DNA of 64,000 bases from Bacteroidia bacterium (GTDB lineage Bacteria; Bacteroidota; Bacteroidia; CAIKAF01): the NCBI GenBank assembly GCA_016742095.1, contig JACVCJ010000019.1, positions 4,879 to 68,878 on the forward strand. The letters are read 5' to 3'. This document shows positions 57,728 through 64,000 of this stretch, in pieces. A program made the position numbers and the translations under genes. Position 1 is the stretch's first letter. Each line of letters opens with the position of its first letter. Below the pieces are notes generated by a model that worked only from the letters and a program-made list of their open reading frames with translations, had not been told where the DNA came from and did no database searches.

Positions 57728-58210
57728 ATGGAAACACAACAGATCTTACATACGATAGAAGAAATGCCTGCCACCACACGGGTGTGGGTATACAAGGCCG
57801 ACCGTTTTCTTACGGAGGCCGAAACACAACAGGCCGAACAGCGGGCCCTGGCCTTTACGGCACAGTGGGCCGCACACGGCAAAGCGCTTACTGCGACCGC
57901 TTTTGTGCAGGATAAGCTCTGGCTGGTATTTGCCGTGGACGAATCGAAGGAAGGCGCTTCGGGTTGCTCCATCGATAAGGTATTCCGCCTGGTGCAGGAG
58001 CTGGAACAGGACCTGCGCGTACGCTTTACCGACCGCCTGCTGCTGGCCTGGGAAAAGGACGGAAATATTCAGCTTACCCCGCTTTCAGAACTGGCCGCTG
58101 CCGGCGTTACCGCCGATACCCGGATATTTGACGATACCGTACAAAACCTGGGCGACTGGCATACACGGCGCAAAAAAGCCTCGGAAAGCTGGGTAAAACG
58201 CTACCTCTGA
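57728..58210 (+). CDS. Conserved hypothetical protein
   Basis: RVWVY.ADR, WAAHG..L, ASGCSID family pattern; no P-loop visible. Confidence 0.8.
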   Translation: METQQILHTIEEMPATTRVWVYKADRFLTEAETQQAEQRALAFTAQWAAHGKALTATAFVQDKLWLVFAVDESKEGASGCSIDKVFRLVQELEQDLRVRFTDRLLLAWEKDGNIQLTPLSELAAAGVTADTRIFDDTVQNLGDWHTRRKKASESWVKRYL

Positions 58211-58282
58211 TCCCCGTTCTTTCTGCATCCCTGCTATACCTGACTTTCATTTAGTATATTTATCAGTATAAGGGTTGCCGAT

Positions 58283-59152
58283 ATGCATAAAAAATTCCTA
58301 TTCACTGTTTTTATGGTCCTGCTGGCGGGACTTACCGCCACGTCCTGCAAAAAGCTGAAAGAACCTACGGGCGACATCGAAAAACAATATGCGGCTGCGG
58401 GCGGACATAGCATGAACGCCATCGAGATCAAGGACGCTGCAGGCAATAAAATGTACAAGATCCATTATCCTTCGCCGCTGCCGGGGCCTTGTCCCGTAGT
58501 GGTATGGGGCAACGGAACAGGTGGTACGCCCGAGAACTACGAGGGGGTTATGAGTCACCTGGCCGGCTGGGGATTTATCGTGATCGGCAGTTACGAGGGC
58601 TACGTAGGCACGGGCCAGGCCATACTGACCACCGTAGATTTCATGAACATCCTGAATACGGACACTTCCGGCATTTTTTACGGTAAGGCGGATATGGCCC
58701 GGGTGGGCGCCGTGGGACATTCACAGGGAGCTGCGGGTATACTCAACGCACATACCGATTTTCCGGCGGGAAGCATTTTCAGGACCCTGGTGCCGGTGAA
58801 CCTGCCCACGCCCAAATGGACCGCCCCGGAACATATATACGATCCCGAACTGGTGCAGGTACCGGTATTCCTGATGAGCGGCAAGGCCGACGGACTTATT
58901 TCACCGGTAAAGAGCAACGGCGAGACCTTCGATGCCCTGCCTCCGGGTTTACCCGCTGTCATGGGCCTGGCTGCGGGCGCCGGACACCTGGCATTTACCA
59001 AAAGCGGCGGACGGCATGTAGGCTACCTTACGGCCTGGCTGCGCTACCAGCTGTTCAGCGATACCGTGGCCGCGGGAGCGTTCACAGGTGCGGATGCCGA
59101 AATAAAGAACAATTCCGGCTGGAAAGACGTACGCACTAAAAACCTGAATTAA
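58283..59152 (+). CDS. Cutinase/chlorophyllase-like alpha/beta hydrolase lipoprotein
   Basis: Lipobox ATSC; WGNGTG, HLAGWGF, GHSQG, G..D, AGH, AWLRYQL. Confidence 0.82.
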   Translation: MHKKFLFTVFMVLLAGLTATSCKKLKEPTGDIEKQYAAAGGHSMNAIEIKDAAGNKMYKIHYPSPLPGPCPVVVWGNGTGGTPENYEGVMSHLAGWGFIVIGSYEGYVGTGQAILTTVDFMNILNTDTSGIFYGKADMARVGAVGHSQGAAGILNAHTDFPAGSIFRTLVPVNLPTPKWTAPEHIYDPELVQVPVFLMSGKADGLISPVKSNGETFDALPPGLPAVMGLAAGAGHLAFTKSGGRHVGYLTAWLRYQLFSDTVAAGAFTGADAEIKNNSGWKDVRTKNLN

Positions 59153-59887
59153 TTACTGCCTGATCGCGAACTTTACGTATACCGATGAAGTGAGCTGTAT
59201 CTTCTGAAACTGTACTGCTTCCTCATCAGCGCCGCCGTAAAACTCTTCTTCCACACGGCGGTTCTGGCGATAGAGCCCGCTTACGTTCGAAAGGGCATTG
59301 GCCAGCTCCGGGTGTACTCCGGCCATATTTTCCGTGATAATAAGCGCATTTCCTCTTTTTTCACCGATGGCGTCCAGCAGGTAATCGGCCTTGCTTTTAG
59401 CGGCTTTTATAGCCAGGATCTTTACTTCTTTCAGCAGGCTGTCCATTTTGGTATGGTTCACGTGCGAGATACGCGCGTTCTTGATCTCCAGCGTACCGAG
59501 TTCTTTGAACACCTTGCCGGCGGTTTCCGCATCTTTTACCTTCAGCACATACTTTTTCTGTGTGAGCAGATCGTCGGTTTTCCAGTTCACACGCACAAAA
59601 TCGGCATTGGCGCTGCTGAGAGAAAGTGCGTTGGGACCCAGCCCGATCGAGTTCAGGGCCGTGCGCATTTTCGTTTCCTGTTCCTGTATGGTAATTTTCG
59701 TTTTGCCATCGTATTTTTCCATTATGCGTATATCAATAAAGATCTCGTCGGGCACAATGTTCAGTTCGGCATTACCGGTTACCTCGATGTAGGGAACTTC
59801 TGCCGCAGCGGGCGTATACTGGGCGTTGAGCAGGGAAGATGTCTGGCAGAGTACAAGGGCGAAAGCGCCGAAAAATAGTTTTTTCAT
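59153..59887 (-). CDS. SIMPL (DUF541) domain protein
   Basis: IEVTGNAE..IVPD, AIKAAKSKA..L, V.VKF; signal peptide. Confidence 0.88.
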   Translation of the reverse strand: MKKLFFGAFALVLCQTSSLLNAQYTPAAAEVPYIEVTGNAELNIVPDEIFIDIRIMEKYDGKTKITIQEQETKMRTALNSIGLGPNALSLSSANADFVRVNWKTDDLLTQKKYVLKVKDAETAGKVFKELGTLEIKNARISHVNHTKMDSLLKEVKILAIKAAKSKADYLLDAIGEKRGNALIITENMAGVHPELANALSNVSGLYRQNRRVEEEFYGGADEEAVQFQKIQLTSSVYVKFAIRQ

Positions 59888-59979
59888 AAGGATATTTATC
59901 TGTTTTGATTCAGGCTAAAAGTACAAACTTTTTAAGCGGCCGCAGAGCCTGTATCTGAAATTATCAATATCTTCGGCCT

Positions 59980-62259
59980 ATGGCTACAGGAGAGCATCCA
60001 ACCCTTAGTGCCGTACAGCTTGCGGAACATTTTTTGTTGTATACAAAAAGACACGTTTTTCTCACCGGGAAAGCCGGTACCGGGAAAACCACGTTCCTGC
60101 GCCATATCATCAATACCATTCATAAAAAGACCCTGGTAACGGCGCCTACGGGCATTGCCGCCCTGAATGCCGGCGGGGTAACGCTGCACTCCCAGTTCCA
60201 GCTGCCTTTCGCGGGATTTCTGCCTGTGCAGGGCGATTTTATGGTGAACGACCAGGTAAAGTTCGAAACCTTCTCCACACTGTCGCGGCACCTGCACATG
60301 AACAACATGAAGCGCCGGACCATACGCGAGGCCGAACTCCTGATCATAGACGAGGTGAGTATGCTGCGTTCCGACCTGCTCGACGCCATCGACTTTGTAT
60401 TGCGTTTCGTACGCCGCACCCGCGAGCCCTTCGGAGGCATACAGGTACTCTTTATCGGGGATATGATGCAGCTGCCGCCCGTGGTAAAACGCCAGGAATG
60501 GGACGTGTTACGCAATTACTACACATCACCCTTCTTTTTCGATGCACATGTATTGCGCCAGGATACACCCGTGTACATCGAACTGACCAAAATTTACCGG
60601 CAGACCGACCGGGAATTTACCGATATACTCAATAACCTGCGCTACAACCGGCTTACCGAAGCCGATATACAACAACTGAATACCCATTACCGGCCGGGGT
60701 TTGAACCCGCAAAGGACGAAGGTTATATCCGCCTTACCACGCATAACCGCGATGCGGATGAGATCAACCGCCGCGAACTGGAAGCGCTGACAAGTCCGGG
60801 ACGATCGTACCGTGCCGTGGTGGCAGGCGAATTTCCGCCGCATATTTACCCCTGTGACGAGGATATGCTGCTGAAACCCGGGGCACAGGTCATGTTCATC
60901 AAGAACGATCCCACGGGCATGCAGCGTTTTTACAACGGCCGGATCGCCTGGGTGCGTTCCGCCACCGAAGAAGAGCTCTGGGTGGAGTTCGGGGACGGCG
61001 AGACCATGCCGGTAGACCTGTACCAGTGGCAGAACATACGCTACACGGTAGACGAAGGCACCAAAGTGATCAAAGAAGACGTGATCGGCACTTATGACCA
61101 GTTCCCGCTGCGCCTGGCCTGGGCCATTACCATACACAAAAGCCAGGGACTTACGTTCGAAAAAGCGATCATCGATATCGAAAAAGTATTCGCGTCCGGG
61201 CAGGCGTACGTAGCTCTGTCGCGGCTGCGCAGCCTGGGCGGACTGGTTTTATCCGCCCGGATCACGGCCCGGGGCATCGATTACGATCCTTCGCTGCGGC
61301 AATTCGAAGAACGAAAAACACAACAGGGCGAACTGCAGCAACTACTGCAAACCGCTTCTGCCGAATATACCGAAAGCTTCTGCCTGAAGGCCTTTAACTT
61401 TATGCCTCTGCTGCGCGACTGGAAAGAACACCTGGACACCTACGGCGAAAAGGACAGTGTGGCCGAAAAACAAAAGAACCTGGCCTGGGCAAGGAGTATC
61501 CTGGAAAAAATATCCGCCCTGCGCGAGCTGGCCGATAAGTTCTGCGTACAACTGCACAAAGGCTTTATCGGCGGCGATATGCAGTACGTACAGCAGCGCC
61601 TGGAAGCGGCCATTGCGTATTTTGACAAACCGCTGAAAGAGATCTGCTCGGAGATATACCTGCAGAAAAAAGCCATGGCGCGTATGTACCGGGCCAAAGC
61701 CTACAGCACGGAACTGGAAGAGGCCGATGCGGCCTGCATGCAGGTGATCGCCTCGCTGCATAAGGCAGGTGTAATGATGTTTGCCATGCTCAACGGCACC
61801 GAAGCGGCGGAAGAACGCTGGAAGAACACGCCCGACCCGGCCTGGCGCATTGCCCTGATGCAGCAGAATAGCTCTGAGGAAGAGGAAAGCGGCTACACGA
61901 AAGCAGAAAGCAAAAAGGAAAAGAAGAAAAGAACGCCGAAGGAGAAAAAGCCCAAAGCCGAAAAAGGTTCTACCTTCCGTCTCACCCTGCAGATGCTGCT
62001 GGACGGAAAATCACCGGAAGAGATCTCCGCCGAACGCGGCCTGGCCTTATCCACGATAGAAACGCATATTGTACGCCTGATAAAGGAAGAACAGCTGCCG
62101 ATCGAAAAAGTGGTGGGCAGCGACGAGATCCACGAAATGATCCGTTTCCTGGACAAGCACGAAGACACCAAACTCTGGGACCTGCGCCATGCCTTACCTA
62201 CGGAAGAAGATTTCCGCCGCCTGAAATTTGTACACGCCTACCGCGAAACGTTGAAATAG
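59980..62259 (+). CDS. PIF1/RecD-like SF1B helicase with C-terminal HTH
   Basis: GKAGTGKTT, APTGIAA, IDEVSM, GD..QLPP, TIHKSQG, YVALSR; ERGLALSTIETH. Confidence 0.93.
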   Translation: MATGEHPTLSAVQLAEHFLLYTKRHVFLTGKAGTGKTTFLRHIINTIHKKTLVTAPTGIAALNAGGVTLHSQFQLPFAGFLPVQGDFMVNDQVKFETFSTLSRHLHMNNMKRRTIREAELLIIDEVSMLRSDLLDAIDFVLRFVRRTREPFGGIQVLFIGDMMQLPPVVKRQEWDVLRNYYTSPFFFDAHVLRQDTPVYIELTKIYRQTDREFTDILNNLRYNRLTEADIQQLNTHYRPGFEPAKDEGYIRLTTHNRDADEINRRELEALTSPGRSYRAVVAGEFPPHIYPCDEDMLLKPGAQVMFIKNDPTGMQRFYNGRIAWVRSATEEELWVEFGDGETMPVDLYQWQNIRYTVDEGTKVIKEDVIGTYDQFPLRLAWAITIHKSQGLTFEKAIIDIEKVFASGQAYVALSRLRSLGGLVLSARITARGIDYDPSLRQFEERKTQQGELQQLLQTASAEYTESFCLKAFNFMPLLRDWKEHLDTYGEKDSVAEKQKNLAWARSILEKISALRELADKFCVQLHKGFIGGDMQYVQQRLEAAIAYFDKPLKEICSEIYLQKKAMARMYRAKAYSTELEEADAACMQVIASLHKAGVMMFAMLNGTEAAEERWKNTPDPAWRIALMQQNSSEEEESGYTKAESKKEKKKRTPKEKKPKAEKGSTFRLTLQMLLDGKSPEEISAERGLALSTIETHIVRLIKEEQLPIEKVVGSDEIHEMIRFLDKHEDTKLWDLRHALPTEEDFRRLKFVHAYRETLK

Positions 62260-62296
62260 CTATGGGCTCATAGCTGGAAAGCGTATAGCTGTCAGC

Positions 62297-62498
62297 TTAC
62301 GGTTTTTCCCGCAGTGAAATGTAGTTTATCTTCTGGATGCCGCATTCCCTGAGCGTATTTTTCAGGGTTATTACATTTTTCATCCGGGTATTACGATCGG
62401 TATGAAGAAATGCCGACAGGGTATCTTTCTTCGCTTTGGGCAGATCATTCAGAAAGGTTCTTAACTCTTCTTCGCTTTGGGCAGTAGTTTTTGTTCAT
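62297..62498 (-). pseudogene. Possible frameshifted ExbD C-terminal-like remnant
   Basis: Open frame ...LSAFLHTDRNTRMKNVITLKNTLRECGIQKINY...; upstream ATG is one base out of frame across an A5 run. Confidence 0.35.
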
Positions 62499-62649
62499 TT
62501 GCTAAAAGTAAAAATAAATTTAGCTTTCTTGATCTATATCGGTACTTGCGGATCCTGTACCCTTCGCTCCCTGCCCATTACTCTTCCCTCATTACTCTAT
62601 AACTCCGGACTTCCGGACTATTTCCTATCTTTGCTCACATTTTACACAA

Positions 62650-63393
62650 TTGATTGTATTTGCATCCGATCTGCACCTGGGCGTTCCCAACCACGAGGAA
62701 TCGCTGAAACGCGAAAAACGCTTCGTGCAATGGCTGCATGAATATGGTTCCCGTGCCGATGAGATATTTCTGGTAGGCGATGTTTTTGATTTCTGGTTCG
62801 AATACAAACAGGTGGTACCCAAAGGGTACACGCGCCTGCTGGGCACCCTGGCCGATATCTGCGACAGTGGCAAGCCCGTACACATGTTCACCGGCAACCA
62901 CGATATGTGGATGTTCGGCTACCTGGAACAGGAACTGGGCGTACAGGTACACCGGCAGCCCATTGTGCGGCAGTGGGACGGGAGGTCGTTCTATATCGGG
63001 CATGGCGACGGGCTGGGGCCCGGCGATCACGGGTACAAGTTTATCAAGAGAGTATTTACGAACCGCTTTTTCCAGTTCTGTTTCCGGCAGTTCCACCCGG
63101 ATTACGGGGTGCGCCTGGCACAGTTCTTTTCGCACAGCAGCCGCAATGCCAATTACGAAGCCGACAAAAAGTTCCTCGGAGAGGATCAGGAATGGCTTAT
63201 CCAGTACATAAAAGAGGTGTTGCAAAAAGAATACTACGATTATTTTATTTTCGGGCATCGCCATCTGCCGCTCGATCTGGCTGTGGAAAACAGCCGTTAC
63301 CTGAACCTTGGCGACTGGATTACGTATAATACATACGGGGTCTGGGACGGTCGGGAATTATCCCTGGAAGTATACAAGGCCCCGCAGAAATAG
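62650..63393 (+). CDS. lpxH: UDP-2,3-diacylglucosamine diphosphatase
   Basis: SDLHLG, GDVFDFW, GNHD, HGD, FGHRH, NLGDW. Confidence 0.92.
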   Translation: MIVFASDLHLGVPNHEESLKREKRFVQWLHEYGSRADEIFLVGDVFDFWFEYKQVVPKGYTRLLGTLADICDSGKPVHMFTGNHDMWMFGYLEQELGVQVHRQPIVRQWDGRSFYIGHGDGLGPGDHGYKFIKRVFTNRFFQFCFRQFHPDYGVRLAQFFSHSSRNANYEADKKFLGEDQEWLIQYIKEVLQKEYYDYFIFGHRHLPLDLAVENSRYLNLGDWITYNTYGVWDGRELSLEVYKAPQK

Positions 63394-63421
63394 GAGTGGG
63401 GGCATATAGGAACGGTATGTT

Positions 63422-64000
63422 ATGATTTCGGATACACTGCATCATCTTTTCCGGGAGAAAGGCTTTGAGATGTTTCCTTTTCAGCGGGAGTGTGCCGAAG
63501 CGTATGCCGCGGGCTATTCCGGACTGCTGAACGCACCCACGGGCAGCGGCAAGACCCTGGCCGTATTCGGTGCTTTTGCCAACGATGCCGTCCTGCATCC
63601 GCAGCCCGGCGATAATAAACACCTGTTATTGCTGTGGATAACGCCTCTGCGTGCCCTGGCCAAAGAAATGCACCGGGCCATGGAAGAGGCCGTACAGATC
63701 ATGGGATTGCCCTGGAAAGTATCGTTGCGCACGGGCGACAGTTCCTCCTCTGAAAAAGCCACCCAGTTCACCCATGCGCCACAGGTACTCATTACCACGC
63801 CGGAAAGTTTGCACGTGATGTTGTGTAAAAGCGGCTATTCGAAATATTTTTCGCACCTGCGCTGTGTGGTCATCGACGAGTGGCACGAGCTGCTGGGCTC
63901 CAAACGGGGCGTACAGACCGAGCTGGGACTTTCGCGTCTGCGCGGACTGGTGCCGGAACTGCGTATCTGGGGAATTTCGGCCACCATCGGTAATCCCGAG
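63422..64000 (+). CDS. Lhr-like (ligase-associated) DEXH-box helicase, 3' truncated by window edge
   Basis: Hand translation: FQ..., NAPTGSGKT, ITPLRALA, RTGD, TTPESL, IDEWHEL, SATIGN. Confidence 0.9.
   Translation, partial: MISDTLHHLFREKGFEMFPFQRECAEAYAAGYSGLLNAPTGSGKTLAVFGAFANDAVLHPQPGDNKHLLLLWITPLRALAKEMHRAMEEAVQIMGLPWKVSLRTGDSSSSEKATQFTHAPQVLITTPESLHVMLCKSGYSKYFSHLRCVVIDEWHELLGSKRGVQTELGLSRLRGLVPELRIWGISATIGNPE

Noticed and set aside
50468-58210. LptD-amidase-MlaD-FeS-FeS-hypothetical cluster as a novel system
   Set aside because: Matches a gene order I recognise as common in Bacteroidota; nothing specific to this window
1-64000. Apparent enrichment of DNA repair genes (RecQ, two AlkD-like, photolyase, PIF1-like, Lhr-like)
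   Set aside because: Scattered, not co-transcribed, and no shared operator seen; consistent with shuffled gene order

Overview
A gene-dense, mostly housekeeping chromosomal segment from a Bacteroidota bacterium. The assignment rests on a PorQ-like gene, a T9SS C-terminal sorting domain, ribosomal protein bTHX, the LptD-amidase-MlaD-FeS gene order, and repeated TAnnTTTG -7 promoter elements. It holds about 63 CDS (partial RecQ at the left edge, partial Lhr-like helicase at the right) and one tRNA-Cys. I saw no CRISPR array, integrase or transposase. The most interesting signals are non-coding. First, a TAAACC-N16-GTC promoter motif occurs twice in an ECF sigma/anti-sigma operon and a third time in front of an orphan ~75-nt terminated transcript, a candidate ECF-dependent sRNA. 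Second, two more promoter-to-terminator ORF-less units look structured, one of them a ~160-nt rod. Third, a LuxR pseudo-receiver regulator has three repeated boxes and an AT-rich palindrome in its promoter. Fourth, period-7 repeat tracts flank small cargo. Notable coding features are a nucleotidyltransferase-GmhB-P-loop kinase triple fusion and an Mpo1-like/class 3 ALDH operon divergent from an Ntn-acylase. All calls come from reading motifs by eye; no searches or folding programs were run, and several starts were moved to more plausible downstream codons.
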